A stretch of 40,000 nt of DNA. Origin: Bacillus sp. AFS098217 (GTDB taxonomy: Bacteria; Bacillota; Bacilli; Bacillales; Bacillaceae_G). This document shows, one piece after another, positions 1 to 9,604 of this stretch (positions are counted from its first letter, which is position 1; every line of letters begins with the position of its first letter). The position numbers and the translations under genes are program-made. The DNA is taken from positions 3,166 through 43,165 of the forward strand of contig NZ_NVPR01000004.1 in assembly GCF_002551815.1 (NCBI RefSeq), read 5' to 3'. The notes beneath the pieces are model-generated. The model searched no databases and had not been told where the DNA came from. It was given only the letters and a program-made list of their open reading frames with translations.

Positions 1-52
1 TAAGTATGATTTGATTGGGATATCTAGTAGTGATTTAACGCTTGAAGAAGAT

Positions 53-83
53 ACGCACAGTTCATAAACTGTGCGTTTGTTTT
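53..83 (+). terminator. Rho-independent terminator-like hairpin, probably ending a gene upstream of the window
   Basis: 10-bp perfect stem acgcacagtt (53-62) / aactgtgcgt (67-76), 4-nt loop, then tttgtttt. Confidence 0.6.
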
Positions 84-117
84 ATATAGAAGGAAATGCG
101 ATATAAGGTTTTGCATT

Positions 118-252
118 CTATTTCGTGTTTTTTGTTTTTGCTCGTTGTTCTAATTTGGTTTTTGGACTTTGATCGGCTACGTCTGAAGCAAGTCCTTGTG
201 GATTTACACTACTACTTTGTCCGCGATTACGGTTGTTATTTCCTTTTGCCAT
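118..252 (-). CDS. Small hydrophilic 44-aa protein (MAKGNNNRNRGQSSSVNPQGLASDVADQSPKTKLEQRAKTKNTK); a spore-associated SASP-like role is speculative
   Basis: Hand-translated from the minus strand and below the ORF-track size cutoff. ATG at 252-250 is preceded by gaggtgat with about 5 nt spacing, and TAG lies at 120-118. The listed + strand ORFs here are hydrophobic shadows. Confidence 0.55.
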   Translation of the reverse strand: MAKGNNNRNRGQSSSVNPQGLASDVADQSPKTKLEQRAKTKNTK

Positions 253-264
253 CTAATATCACCT

Positions 265-402
265 CTATTGTTCTTTTGCTTTTTGTTGATATGCTTTATG
301 ATATCGCTCCATTTTCTCGCTTTTTTCGTGTGCAGAATTAGGATCATGGCCAAATTGATTGACAGAACTTTTTTGGGCCCCTTTGTTTACGTGGTTTGTC
401 AT
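265..402 (-). CDS. Small hydrophilic 45-aa protein (MTNHVNKGAQKSSVNQFGHDPNSAHEKSEKMERYHKAYQQKAKEQ), first gene of a two-gene small-protein operon
   Basis: Hand-translated. ATG at 402-400 follows gtgaggtgaatata, and its TAG overlaps the SD of the next small gene. The upstream minus-strand sequence contains CATACTA, an exact match to the sigmaG-type -10 consensus, but I saw no convincing -35. Confidence 0.55.
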   Translation of the reverse strand: MTNHVNKGAQKSSVNQFGHDPNSAHEKSEKMERYHKAYQQKAKEQ

Positions 403-454
403 TATATTCACCTCACTTTAAAGTTTAGTATGGACACTCTGAACAGAAAAAAAC

Positions 455-492
455 GTTGGAAAAGAAAAACCTCTTTACGTCATGTAAAGAGG
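455..492 (-). terminator. Rho-independent terminator of the UPF0126 membrane protein gene
   Basis: 9-bp stem cctctttac (470-478) / gtaaagagg (484-492). On the minus strand it is followed by tttttctttt, immediately after the stop at 501. Confidence 0.65.
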
Positions 493-500
493 TGGAATTA

Positions 501-1124
501 CTATTTATGTAAGGAACGCTCTTTATTTTCTAAGCGTCTGTGCGGTAAATGCCATTTGTAATGAATGGAAATCATGCGTAGGCAAACAATCAAAATAAAT
601 AAGGTGTATAGAGCCCAGTCACTGACAATAATCTTGGCGCCGATTAAAAATCCTGCTAGAATCGTCCAAAATGCATATACTTCTGCACGAAGGACGAGAG
701 GTTGGCGGCGTGCTAATAAATCACGAATGATTCCGCCGCCAATTCCTGTTAAAACAGCTGCGACAATTGTAGCGCTAATAGGTAAGTTGAGCTTTTGTGC
801 GTAAAGTGCTCCTTGTACAGCGAATGCCGATAAGCCAATGGCATCCGTAATGTTCTCCCATCGTTTCCAATGTGTGATTAATTTATTTGGAAATAGAAAG
901 ATAATTGTCATTGATAAGAGTGCAATTTGAAATAACATGTCTTGTTGCCAAAAAGCGTTGATTGGATAACCGATTAATAAATTACGAAGAGCACCTCCTC
1001 CAAATGCAGTTGCCATTCCTAAAATATATACTCCAAAAATATCGTAATCTTCTTCCATTGCGACAATCGCTCCGCTTAGTGCGAAGGCGATTGTACCGAT
1101 GATGCTAAAAATCTCCCATGCCAT
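501..1124 (-). CDS. Trimeric intracellular cation channel / UPF0126 (YadS-type) family membrane protein
   Basis: 207 aa and multi-pass hydrophobic. It has two internal repeats with glycine-rich motifs (GGGALRNLLIG and GIGGGIIRDLL) typical of the duplicated UPF0126 domain. Confidence 0.85.
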   Translation of the reverse strand: MAWEIFSIIGTIAFALSGAIVAMEEDYDIFGVYILGMATAFGGGALRNLLIGYPINAFWQQDMLFQIALLSMTIIFLFPNKLITHWKRWENITDAIGLSAFAVQGALYAQKLNLPISATIVAAVLTGIGGGIIRDLLARRQPLVLRAEVYAFWTILAGFLIGAKIIVSDWALYTLFILIVCLRMISIHYKWHLPHRRLENKERSLHK

Positions 1125-1213
1125 GAATTTTCTCCCCCGCTAACTAGATGAAATGTGCTTCCTCTGCTATTATATTAGAAGGTTTAATTTTCGAAAAGGA
1201 TGAGTGAGCATAT

Positions 1214-2494
1214 TTGATGGAAGAAAAAGAAAAAGTCATATTAGTTGGCTGTCAATTGCCGCAAGATGATGATGAGCGGTTTATGCATTCTATGACAGAG
1301 CTTACGTCACTCGCAAAGACGGCGCGTGCAGAAGTTTTGGTATCTACAACGCAAAAACGTCCGAAATTTCATCCTGCTACTTATATAGGAAAAGGGAAAT
1401 TAGAGGAACTTGCTGCACTGACTGAAGAATTAGAACCGGCTGTTATTATATTTAATAATGAGTTAACATCAAGTCAAATTCGTAATTTATCTTCTGTATT
1501 AGATGCAAGAGTAATTGATCGAACGCAACTGATATTGGATATTTTTGCTCAGCGTGCGAAATCAAGAGAAGGGAAGCTTCAAGTGGAGCTCGCTCAGTTG
1601 CAATATATGATGCCACGCCTTATGGGACAAGGAGTAGCCTTATCGCGTCTCGGGGGTGGAATTGGTACGCGAGGCCCAGGTGAAACGAAGCTAGAAACAG
1701 ATCGTCGTCATATTCGTTCGCGTATTGATGAAATTAAGAAACAACTCGCGGTTGTTGTGGAACACCGGAAAAGATATCGTGAGCGCCGAAAAAATAATCA
1801 AGTATTTCAAGTGGCATTAATAGGTTATACAAATGCTGGAAAATCGACGCTGTTTAACAGGTTAACAGAAGCTGATACGTTTGAAGAAAATTTACTGTTT
1901 GCAACGCTAGATCCAACAACGAGAAAAATGCAATTGCCTTGTGGTTACACCGTACTATTAACTGATACGGTAGGGTTTATTCAAGATTTACCTACGTCAT
2001 TGGTTGCGGCGTTTCGCTCTACATTGGAAGAAGCCGGAGAAGCGGATGTGATTTTACATGTTGTTGATTCGGCAGATCCAAACTATGCAGGGCATGAGCA
2101 GACGGTAAAACAATTATTACAAGATCTTGAAATTGATCATATTCCAATTATTACAGTTTACAACAAAAAGGATAAATTACATCAGAATTTTATTCCGTTT
2201 CCAAAAAGTGATTTTCTTATGACCAGTGCTTTCGAGGAAGTAGATTTATTAAGGTTAAAAGGATCAGTAGAAACGAAGATGATGGAAACGATGGAACCGT
2301 ATAAGGCTATGATTCCTCCAAGTGAAGGTAGATTATTAACGCTTGTAAAAACAGAAACGGTATTAACCGGGATGGAATTCAAAGAAGATGAATTTGTGTA
2401 TGAGTGTACAGGGTATATATTTGCTCATTCCCCGCTGAATGGACAATTAAAGAGATTTTTAGTGGAAAAAGGAGAAGAGAATAACAATGTTTGA
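1214..2494 (+). CDS. hflX: GTPase HflX
   Basis: 426 aa with the HflX N-terminal domain, a G1 motif [14 protein letters not shown] and NKKD. The start is TTG 1214 or the adjacent ATG 1217. Confidence 0.95.
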   Translation: MMEEKEKVILVGCQLPQDDDERFMHSMTELTSLAKTARAEVLVSTTQKRPKFHPATYIGKGKLEELAALTEELEPAVIIFNNELTSSQIRNLSSVLDARVIDRTQLILDIFAQRAKSREGKLQVELAQLQYMMPRLMGQGVALSRLGGGIGTRGPGETKLETDRRHIRSRIDEIKKQLAVVVEHRKRYRERRKNNQVFQVALIGYTNAGKSTLFNRLTEADTFEENLLFATLDPTTRKMQLPCGYTVLLTDTVGFIQDLPTSLVAAFRSTLEEAGEADVILHVVDSADPNYAGHEQTVKQLLQDLEIDHIPIITVYNKKDKLHQNFIPFPKSDFLMTSAFEEVDLLRLKGSVETKMMETMEPYKAMIPPSEGRLLTLVKTETVLTGMEFKEDEFVYECTGYIFAHSPLNGQLKRFLVEKGEENNNV

Positions 2495-3758
2495 TCGTTT
2501 GGAAAATGGAGCAAGAATCGCTCCGATTGTAAAAGAAGTGGAAAGTCAAATTGTAGATATACATAAACGTGTAGATGAAGTGATTGAGAGTAATCAATTT
2601 CGCGTATTAGAAAGTTTTCGTAAACATAAAATTAGTGATTCGCACTTTATCCCAACAACGGGGTATGGTTATGATGACATCGGCCGTGACACGTTAGAAA
2701 AAGTGTATGCTGATGTATTTGGAGCGGAGGCAGGTCTTGTTCGTCCGCAAATTATTTCAGGTACACATGCAATTTCAACAGCTTTATTTGGTATATTGCG
2801 TCCGAATGACGAGTTATTATATATAACAGGGAAACCATATGATACGTTAGAAGAAATTGTTGGCGTACGTGGTAAGGGTGTTGGTTCTTTCAAAGAATAT
2901 AATATTGGTTACAATGCGGTTCCGTTAACAGATGAAGGACGTGTTGATTTTAAAGCTGTACAAGCTGCCATCCATGATAAGACAAAAATGATTGGAATTC
3001 AGCGTTCAAAAGGCTATGCGAATCGTCCTTCATTTACTGTTGCGGAAATTAAAGAGATGATTTCATTTGTAAAGAAAATCAAGCCAGATGTTATTGTGTT
3101 TGTAGACAACTGTTATGGAGAGTTCGTGGAGGAGTTAGAGCCATGTCATGTTGGTGCGGACTTAATGGCGGGATCTCTTATTAAAAACCCAGGTGGCGGA
3201 ATTGTAAAAACAGGTGGTTACATTGTTGGGAAAGAGCAATATGTAGAAGCTTGTGCGTATCGTTTAACGTCTCCGGGGATTGGAGCGGAAGCAGGTGCTT
3301 CTTTATATAGTTTGCAGGAAATGTATCAAGGTTTCTTCTTAGCGCCTCATGTAGCAGGACAAGCGCTAAAAGGAGCGATTTTTACAGCGGCATTTTTAGA
3401 AAAGCTAGGAATGAATACATCACCAACTTGGAATGCTGTAAGAACGGATTTGATTCAGTCTGTTCAATTTGATGATAAAGAGCGTATGGTTGCATTTTGT
3501 CAGGCGATTCAATACGCATCTCCAATCAATTCACACTTTACACCGTACCCGAACTATATGCCAGGTTATGAAGATGATGTTATTATGGCTGCAGGTACGT
3601 TTATTCAAGGTGCAAGCATTGAATTATCAGCAGACGGTCCGATTCGTGCGCCTTATGTTGCTTATGTACAAGGTGGATTAACTTATTCTCACGTGAAGAT
3701 TGCGATTTGCTCTGCAATTGATGCGTTGATTGAAAAAAATCTATTAACAATTTCGTAA
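2487..3758 (+). CDS. ynbB: Aluminium-resistance family / methionine gamma-lyase-like PLP enzyme (YnbB-like)
   Basis: 423 aa. It overlaps the hflX stop by 8 nt, and its position between hflX and glnR matches Bacillus ynbA-ynbB-glnR-glnA. The sequence looks like a Cys/Met-metabolism PLP fold. Confidence 0.85.
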   Translation: MFDRLENGARIAPIVKEVESQIVDIHKRVDEVIESNQFRVLESFRKHKISDSHFIPTTGYGYDDIGRDTLEKVYADVFGAEAGLVRPQIISGTHAISTALFGILRPNDELLYITGKPYDTLEEIVGVRGKGVGSFKEYNIGYNAVPLTDEGRVDFKAVQAAIHDKTKMIGIQRSKGYANRPSFTVAEIKEMISFVKKIKPDVIVFVDNCYGEFVEELEPCHVGADLMAGSLIKNPGGGIVKTGGYIVGKEQYVEACAYRLTSPGIGAEAGASLYSLQEMYQGFFLAPHVAGQALKGAIFTAAFLEKLGMNTSPTWNAVRTDLIQSVQFDDKERMVAFCQAIQYASPINSHFTPYPNYMPGYEDDVIMAAGTFIQGASIELSADGPIRAPYVAYVQGGLTYSHVKIAICSAIDALIEKNLLTIS

Positions 3759-3761
3759 GGA

Positions 3762-3790
3762 AAAAGCTGTCGATCTCGACAGCTTTTTTG
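3762..3790 (+). terminator. Rho-independent terminator after the ynbB-like gene
   Basis: Palindrome gctgtcga..tcgacagc flanked by aaaaa and tttttt. Confidence 0.75.
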
Positions 3791-3848
3791 CATAGAAGCA
3801 GGTATTTGTGACATTTCTAAAAAAGAATAAAAAATTTATAAAAAACGA

Positions 3849-3898
3849 TGTAAGAAAAGCTAACATCTATTGACACTAAACATAACATGGTATAGAAT
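3849..3898 (+). promoter_or_regulatory. glnRA promoter with two GlnR/TnrA operators
   Basis: TGTAAGAAAAGCTAACA (3849-3865) fits TGTNA-N7-TNACA exactly. TGACACTAAACATAACA (3871-3887) has one mismatch and overlaps the -35, as glnRAo2 does in B. subtilis. The -35 is TTGACA (3870-3875), followed by a 17-nt spacer and -10 TAGAAT (3893-3898). Confidence 0.85.
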
Positions 3899-3932
3899 GA
3901 GAAGCAGTTAAGGCGAAGGAGGAACTGAAACA

Positions 3933-4322
3933 ATGAAAGAAGATAGACGTTCTGCCCCGCTGTTTCCTATTGGTATTGTAATGGATTTAACACAATTATC
4001 TGCTCGTCAAATTCGCTACTATGAAGAGCACAATTTAATTTTCCCAACTCGTACAAAGGGAAATCGTAGATTGTTTTCATTTAACGATGTAGATAAGTTG
4101 TTAGAAATTAAAGATTTGTTAGATCAAGGCTTAAATATGGCTGGTATTAAACAAGTTTTACAAATGAAAGAAAATCAAACAGAAGCAGTGAAAGTAAAAG
4201 AGGAAACGAAAGAAATTTCAAAGGCCGAGCTTCGTAAAATTCTTCGTGATGAACTGCAGCATACAGGCAGATTTAATCGAACATCATTACGACAAGGTGA
4301 TATTTCAAGGTTTTTTCACTAA
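3933..4322 (+). CDS. glnR: MerR-family glutamine synthetase repressor GlnR
   Basis: 129 aa with an N-terminal MerR HTH ([26 protein letters not shown]), located directly upstream of glnA. Confidence 0.95.
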   Translation: MKEDRRSAPLFPIGIVMDLTQLSARQIRYYEEHNLIFPTRTKGNRRLFSFNDVDKLLEIKDLLDQGLNMAGIKQVLQMKENQTEAVKVKEETKEISKAELRKILRDELQHTGRFNRTSLRQGDISRFFH

Positions 4323-4370
4323 AGATTACTGATTCTGAAGGTGTTTAGAGGGACTAAGGAGGAATTTATA

Positions 4371-5705
4371 ATGGTTAAGTACACTAGAGAAGATATTTTC
4401 CGTTTAGCGAAAGAAGAGAATGTAAAGTATATCCGTTTACAATTTACGGATCTTTTAGGAAGTATTAAAAACGTAGAGATTCCAGTTAGTCAGTTAACGA
4501 AAGCACTAGATAACAAAATGATGTTTGATGGATCTTCTATTGAGGGATTCGTACGTATTGAAGAGTCTGATATGTACTTATATCCGGATTTAGACACTTG
4601 GGTAATATTCCCTTGGACTGCTGAAAAAGGTAAAGTAGCTCGCCTGATTTGCGATATCTACAACGCTGATGGTACTCCATTTGAAGGTGATCCACGTAAC
4701 AACTTAAAACGTATGTTGAAAGAAATGGAAGCACTAGGATTTACTGAATTCAACCTTGGACCAGAACCAGAGTTCTTCCTATTCAAAGTTGATGAAAAAG
4801 GAAATCCAACATTAGAGCTAAATGATAACGGCGGATACTTCGACCTTGCGCCAATGGATCTAGGAGAAAACTGTCGTCGTGATATCGTTCTTGAACTTGA
4901 AGAAATGGGCTTTGAAATTGAAGCGTCTCACCATGAGGTTGCACCAGGTCAACACGAAATTGACTTTAAATATGCAAACGCAATTCGTTCATGTGATGAC
5001 ATTCAAACATTCAAACTTGTTGTAAAAACAATCGCTCGTAAACACGGTTTACACGCAACATTTATGCCAAAACCATTATTTGGAGTGAACGGTTCAGGTA
5101 TGCACTGTAACTTATCACTATTCAAAAATGGAGAAAACGTATTCTATGATCAAAACGGTGATTTACAGTTAAGTGATGATGCGCGTCATTTCATCGCAGG
5201 TATTTTAAAACACGCACCAGCATTTACAGCGGTAGCAAACCCAACTGTAAACTCTTACAAACGTTTAGTACCTGGTTATGAGGCACCATGTTACGTAGCA
5301 TGGTCTGCACAAAACCGTAGTCCATTAGTACGTATTCCAGCATCTCGTGGTGTAAGTACACGTGTAGAAGTACGTAGTGTTGACCCAGCTGCAAACCCAT
5401 ATTTAGTAATGGCAACATTATTAGCTGCAGGTCTTGACGGAATTAAAAATAAATTAACTCCGCCAGCTGCAGTAGATCGTAACATCTATGTTATGACAAA
5501 AGAAGAGCGTGAAGAAGCAGGTATCGTTGATTTACCAGCAACATTAGCGCAAGCATTAGTTACATTACAATCTAACGAAATTATATGCGGTGCATTAGGT
5601 GAGCATTTACTTGAGCATTTCATCGAAGCTAAAGAAATTGAGTGGGATATGTTCAGAACGCAAGTTCACCAATGGGAACGCGATCAATATATGTCTCTTT
5701 ACTAA
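4371..5705 (+). CDS. glnA: Glutamine synthetase type I
   Basis: 444 aa from ATG 4371 ([10 protein letters not shown]), preceded by aaggagg at 4355-4361. The track ORF starting at GTG 4341 is a probable upstream over-extension. GS-I sequence is evident throughout. Confidence 0.97.
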   Translation: MVKYTREDIFRLAKEENVKYIRLQFTDLLGSIKNVEIPVSQLTKALDNKMMFDGSSIEGFVRIEESDMYLYPDLDTWVIFPWTAEKGKVARLICDIYNADGTPFEGDPRNNLKRMLKEMEALGFTEFNLGPEPEFFLFKVDEKGNPTLELNDNGGYFDLAPMDLGENCRRDIVLELEEMGFEIEASHHEVAPGQHEIDFKYANAIRSCDDIQTFKLVVKTIARKHGLHATFMPKPLFGVNGSGMHCNLSLFKNGENVFYDQNGDLQLSDDARHFIAGILKHAPAFTAVANPTVNSYKRLVPGYEAPCYVAWSAQNRSPLVRIPASRGVSTRVEVRSVDPAANPYLVMATLLAAGLDGIKNKLTPPAAVDRNIYVMTKEEREEAGIVDLPATLAQALVTLQSNEIICGALGEHLLEHFIEAKEIEWDMFRTQVHQWERDQYMSLY

Positions 5706-5715
5706 GAGTTCGATG

Positions 5716-5750
5716 CCTTGATACTACTGGTATCGGGGTCTTTTTTCTTT
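5716..5750 (+). terminator. glnA Rho-independent terminator
   Basis: Stem ccttgatac (5716-5724) / gtatcgggg (5730-5738) including two G-U pairs, then tcttttttcttt. Confidence 0.75.
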
Positions 5751-5820
5751 CGGGCAATCTTATTGGACGGTTGTTTATTTTATCAACTGCCCGATAACTG
5801 CCCGGGTTTATTTTAAAAAA

Positions 5821-6978
5821 TTATTCAAGGACATTTCTCATGTGCTCCTCGAATTTATCCATTGCTTCTTTATCTAATTTTTTACTGATGTGTGAATAAA
5901 CATCAGATGTAATTTGCATACTACCATGTCCAAGACGTTCTTGTAAATATTTCATGCTGACACCAGCTTCAAGTTGAAGTACTGCGTGTGTATGTCTTAA
6001 TGAATGAATTGGCAAAGGTGGCAGATTTGCTTTCTTTAAAATTCTAGAGAATGAATTAAAAAGGCTCGACTTTGGCATATAGTTACCATCATTTCTGCAG
6101 AGAACTAAATTTAGATCAAAGTGATAATTGTCATTTAAAGCTAGCTTATTTTGGTTTTGGTATTTTTGATGAAAATGTAAGTCATTTGCAAGACCTTGAC
6201 TAATTGTAATAATTCGTTTTGAATTATAATTTTTTGTGGCCCCAAACATCATATTTGGATTCTTAGTTGCTTCACGGAAATCTAACGACTTATTAATATT
6301 GATAGTTTTTTCTTTTAAGTTCACATCAGTCCATTGTAATGCAGCAGCTTCTCCTTTACGCATTCCAGTCTCAATTAATGTTTTATAGAATATCCAGTAA
6401 ATATAATCATATTTATAGGCTTCTCGTAAAAAATCAGAAATGCGTTCTGATTCTATAAACTGTATTTCTGGATCCCTTTTTTTAATTTTTATTTCTACTC
6501 CAATACAAGGATTCTTTGTAACTTTTTCTAAAATTATTGCCTTCTCCATAGCGTTATACATAGTTCCATGAACAATTTCAACAGTCCGTCTACTGTATCC
6601 TTTTTCAGTTAAATAATTAATAAATTTTTGGTATAGAACAGGTTTAACATCTTTTAAAAGGATGTTTTTAAAATAAGGAATGATGTGGTTTTTAACACTA
6701 TTTTGGTGTAGTGAAAATGTATTCTTTGCCACAGTTCCTTTTTTATATTCATTTAACCATGTTTCAAGATATGACTTCAAAGATTCATCAGTTGGATGAT
6801 AGCCTTCACGTAGTTGCTTTTCTACTGCTTCGGCTGCTAATTTTGCTTCGGCTTTATTTGTAAATCCCTTTTTTGACTTTTCTCTAGTTCTTCGTGTGAT
6901 TGGATCCTGATAATAGATGCGGTATTCCCAAAAGTCTTTATTGGATCCTTTCTTTTTATACTTATGGAAGGTTGCCAT
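5821..6978 (-). CDS. Tyrosine-type site-specific integrase
   Basis: 385 aa with an N-terminal SAM-like domain and a C-terminal catalytic region (HSLRHTHAVL ... LGHGSMQITSDVYSH). Confidence 0.95.
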   Translation of the reverse strand: MATFHKYKKKGSNKDFWEYRIYYQDPITRRTREKSKKGFTNKAEAKLAAEAVEKQLREGYHPTDESLKSYLETWLNEYKKGTVAKNTFSLHQNSVKNHIIPYFKNILLKDVKPVLYQKFINYLTEKGYSRRTVEIVHGTMYNAMEKAIILEKVTKNPCIGVEIKIKKRDPEIQFIESERISDFLREAYKYDYIYWIFYKTLIETGMRKGEAAALQWTDVNLKEKTININKSLDFREATKNPNMMFGATKNYNSKRIITISQGLANDLHFHQKYQNQNKLALNDNYHFDLNLVLCRNDGNYMPKSSLFNSFSRILKKANLPPLPIHSLRHTHAVLQLEAGVSMKYLQERLGHGSMQITSDVYSHISKKLDKEAMDKFEEHMRNVLE

Positions 6979-7059
6979 ACTAAAAACTCCTTTCTTCTTT
7001 TGTTTAAAAAGAGTAGACCGTCGTCTACTCTTCGATGTTAAATTACTAGCGCTAGAAAT

Positions 7060-7689
7060 TTATAGATCTCTTGTAAAGCGAATTGCTTTCCCAATTATTC
7101 GGGCTGGTACATTTGATGTAAGAACTATCGGTTCATATGAAGAATTGTCAGGCATTAAGATTACAACGTCACCTTGCTTTTTAACCCTTTTTAAAGTTGC
7201 TTCAGTATCACCGTTAATCAGAACAGCTGCTATTTCTCCATTTTCCACATCGGTTTGTTTTCGAATTAACACAAAAGATCCATTAGGAATAGTTGGTTCC
7301 ATTGAATTACCTTTGGCTTCCAAATAATATAATTCCCCTTGTGGTAAAATATCGGACATTTCATAACGGAATCCTTCAAAATTTTCTTCGGCACATATAG
7401 GTAAGCCACATGCTATTTTTCCTAATATCGGTATCTTTACTGGATGAATCGAAGCATCGTATAGATTAGAAGGCTTCTCTTCAGTTAAGTCAGATCGATT
7501 AATCCTAAAATAATCAGCTAGCATTTGTAGTTTATCTGGTCTTGGATAAGTATTAGCTTTAATCCAGTTTGATACAGTTGTTTCAGGTACATTTATGTCA
7601 TTAGCTAGATAAGTTTGATTGATTCCATTACGATCTAAATATTTTTTTAAGTTACTCGCAAAAATTTCTTTCATTTTCTGTGCATCCAT
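7060..7689 (-). CDS. CI-like phage repressor (XRE HTH plus S24 LexA-type autopeptidase domain)
   Basis: 209 aa with an N-terminal HTH (INQTYLANDINVPETTVSNW) and a C-terminal S24 region (KGNSMEP ... ATLKR). It is divergent from the cro-like gene. Confidence 0.9.
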   Translation of the reverse strand: MDAQKMKEIFASNLKKYLDRNGINQTYLANDINVPETTVSNWIKANTYPRPDKLQMLADYFRINRSDLTEEKPSNLYDASIHPVKIPILGKIACGLPICAEENFEGFRYEMSDILPQGELYYLEAKGNSMEPTIPNGSFVLIRKQTDVENGEIAAVLINGDTEATLKRVKKQGDVVILMPDNSSYEPIVLTSNVPARIIGKAIRFTRDL

Positions 7690-7720
7690 TTGGATTTCAC
7701 CTCACTTTCTATTATCATTT

Positions 7721-7817
7721 TACCGTTTTTCGGTAGTTGTGTAAAGGTTTAAAATACCGTTTAAAAGTATTTTTTGTACTTTTATGTATTGACTATACCG
7801 TTTAAAGGTAGTATATT
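7721..7817. promoter_or_regulatory. Lysis-lysogeny switch region with divergent promoters and three operators
   Basis: O1 is taccgtttttcggta (7721-7735), O2 taccgtttaaaagta (7755-7769) and O3 taccgtttaaaggta (7796-7810). Rightward promoter: TTGACT (7789-7794), 17 nt containing O3, TATATT (7812-7817). Leftward promoter on the minus strand: TTTACA, 17 nt containing O1, TAAAAT. Confidence 0.75.
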
Positions 7818-7849
7818 AGGTGTAGAAATTAACGAAAGGAGATAAAGCG

Positions 7850-8095
7850 ATGTTTCAGATAACGTTAAAAGCTGCTAGAGTAAACGCTGGATTAAAACAA
7901 GAAATAGCAGCAAATATGCTTGAAGTATCAGAAAAAACCCTTCGAAATTATGAACAAGGCGTTACTGCTATTCCTGGTCATGTTTTACAAAAAGCTTCTA
8001 TTTTATACAAAATTCCGTCTGATTACATTCGATTACCCATTATAAATGATGGTAAGTACGATGATGATTTTTTTTTAATGGACACTACCGTTTAA
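7850..8095 (+). CDS. Cro-like XRE-family HTH regulator
   Basis: 81 aa with an HTH (LKQEIAANMLEVSEKTLRNYEQG) and RBS aaaggag. It is divergent from the repressor. Confidence 0.85.
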   Translation: MFQITLKAARVNAGLKQEIAANMLEVSEKTLRNYEQGVTAIPGHVLQKASILYKIPSDYIRLPIINDGKYDDDFFLMDTTV

Positions 8096-8100
8096 AGGTA
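8086..8100. promoter_or_regulatory. Fourth, distal copy of the switch operator (O4)
   Basis: taccgtttaaaggta is identical to O3. It overlaps the cro-like stop codon about 290 bp downstream of O3. Confidence 0.6.
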
Positions 8101-8170
8101 TATCGATTGAGAAACACGAGGAGTAATCCTTACTTTTTTAGAGTGTAAATTTAAGAAAGAGGGTGACATC

Positions 8171-8440
8171 ATGCTTAATATCCAACTAGATAACGGAATA
8201 ATTGAACAGCGTTTTTTAGAAGAATTAAAAAAACGATTAGATCAAATCGAACGAAGAAAAACTTTATGGGATATGAAAGAGTTGTGTAAACAAACGAGTA
8301 TGAGTGAAAACACCATAAAGGAGAAATTCTTCTATGATGAACGTTTTGCAAAGTACAAAATTGGTGGAAAGTGGTATTTTCCGGCTGTAGAAGCAGAAAA
8401 TTTTTTACTTATGTGGATACAGGAACAGCCAAGCTATTGA
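8171..8440 (+). CDS. Small phage DNA-binding protein, DUF771-like or excisionase-like (tentative)
   Basis: 89 aa. The C-terminal half (WDMKELCKQTSMSENTIKEKFFYDERFAKYKIGGKWYFPAVEAENFL) resembles excisionase/MerR-type wHTH proteins of Gram-positive phages. Family recall only. Confidence 0.5.
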   Translation: MLNIQLDNGIIEQRFLEELKKRLDQIERRKTLWDMKELCKQTSMSENTIKEKFFYDERFAKYKIGGKWYFPAVEAENFLLMWIQEQPSY

Positions 8441-8538
8441 AGGATAAATAAGGGCCTTATTTTTTTGGCTTTCAAATGTCGAAAAATGAAGTCGTTATTT
8501 ATCGAAAAAACATTAGAAGAAGGTAAGGAGGCGTGAGA

Positions 8539-9375
8539 ATGACAGATCAATTAACTGTAGTAAACGAACTACATATTTTAGGAAAACAAAACGTTGCTGG
8601 TTATGAATTCACTGGAATCGAGGGCGGATTTGGTGAAGGAAAAAAAGCAATGCTAGTTAAGGAAATTGCTGAGATTCATAACCGAGAAACTTGGAAAATT
8701 AACGAGCGAATTAATGATAATCGAAAAAGATTTCAAGATGGTATCGACATTATTGATTTAAAAACACCTCCGTTTAACGGATACGTTTTAGAAAGTTTGA
8801 AAATACAAGGAATTCTTATGCAGTCTCAAATTGGAAACGCAAAAAATATTTACATCCTTTCCGAACGTGGATACGCAAAACTATTAAAAATCCTTGAAGA
8901 CGATACAGCATGGGAATTATACGATCAATTTGTAGATGGTTATTTCAATATGAGACAGCAACAACAGCTTCCTACAGATCCAATTGGTATTTTGAGACTT
9001 ACATTCGAAGCTTTAGAAGAACAGAAACAGGAAATGCAAGATATTAGAGAAGATGTAAAAGATTTAAGAGATAATGCGCCGTTATTTGCCATTGAATGTG
9101 ATGAGATAGCAAAAGCTGTAAGAAGGTTGGGAGTTCTATTATTAGGTGGGAAAAATTGTAACGCTTATCAAGATATCAGTCTTAGAAGAAAACTGTATAG
9201 CGATATTTATAGTCAATTACATCGTGAATTTGGTGTGAATAGTTATAAAGCTATTAAACGTCACCATTTAGATAGAGCTATTCAAATCATTAATGAAGAA
9301 TATTCAATTCCAACGGTTTTAGATGAGGAAATTACAGCTACAAATGCACAAATAAACATGGCAGAAGTCCAGTAG
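8539..9375 (+). CDS. Phage antirepressor-like protein (ORF6N plus ORF6C domains)
   Basis: ATG 8539 lies 7 nt after aaggagg, and the track start at GTG 8533 is less likely. N-terminal ORF6N-like (GGFGEGKKAMLVKEIAEIHNRE ... RFQDGIDIIDL). C-terminal ORF6C-like (FGVNSYKAIKRHHLDRAIQII). Confidence 0.75.
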   Translation: MTDQLTVVNELHILGKQNVAGYEFTGIEGGFGEGKKAMLVKEIAEIHNRETWKINERINDNRKRFQDGIDIIDLKTPPFNGYVLESLKIQGILMQSQIGNAKNIYILSERGYAKLLKILEDDTAWELYDQFVDGYFNMRQQQQLPTDPIGILRLTFEALEEQKQEMQDIREDVKDLRDNAPLFAIECDEIAKAVRRLGVLLLGGKNCNAYQDISLRRKLYSDIYSQLHREFGVNSYKAIKRHHLDRAIQIINEEYSIPTVLDEEITATNAQINMAEVQ

Positions 9376-9386
9376 GAGGAAGCAAC

Positions 9387-9575
9387 ATGCAACAAAAGAT
9401 TTTAGTTATTACTAGCAATTTAGTAGGTTTACCAACTATCAGTGAATTCAAGTCAAAAGATGATGCGAAAGAACAAGTTAAAAAGATGATTAAAAAAGGA
9501 ATAAGTCCAAATGCAATTCGCGTAACACAAGAAATTCCTATGAATATTGAAATTCAAGTGGATGTTGAATTTTAG
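9387..9575 (+). CDS. Hypothetical early protein (62 aa)
   Basis: Good RBS (ggaggaagcaac-ATG), tightly packed in the early operon. Confidence 0.6.
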   Translation: MQQKILVITSNLVGLPTISEFKSKDDAKEQVKKMIKKGISPNAIRVTQEIPMNIEIQVDVEF

Positions 9576-9604
9576 TAACTAGAAAGGTTTAGGAGGAAAC
9601 AAAC

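Noticed and set aside
96-561. Plus-strand ORFs 96-341 and 196-561 from the track
   Set aside because: Their products are highly hydrophobic and low-complexity, and they lack an RBS. The opposite strand carries two well-formed small genes with strong SDs, so these look like antisense shadows.
565-804. Plus-strand 79-aa ORF
   Set aside because: It lies entirely antisense to the well-supported UPF0126 membrane protein gene, and its Arg-rich composition is typical of a shadow ORF.
8068-8076. T9 homopolymer in the cro-like gene, and the A8-A9 runs at 25395-25404 and 26033-26041, as phase-variation sites
   Set aside because: Homopolymers of this length are common in AT-rich phage DNA, and a single sequence gives no evidence of length variation.
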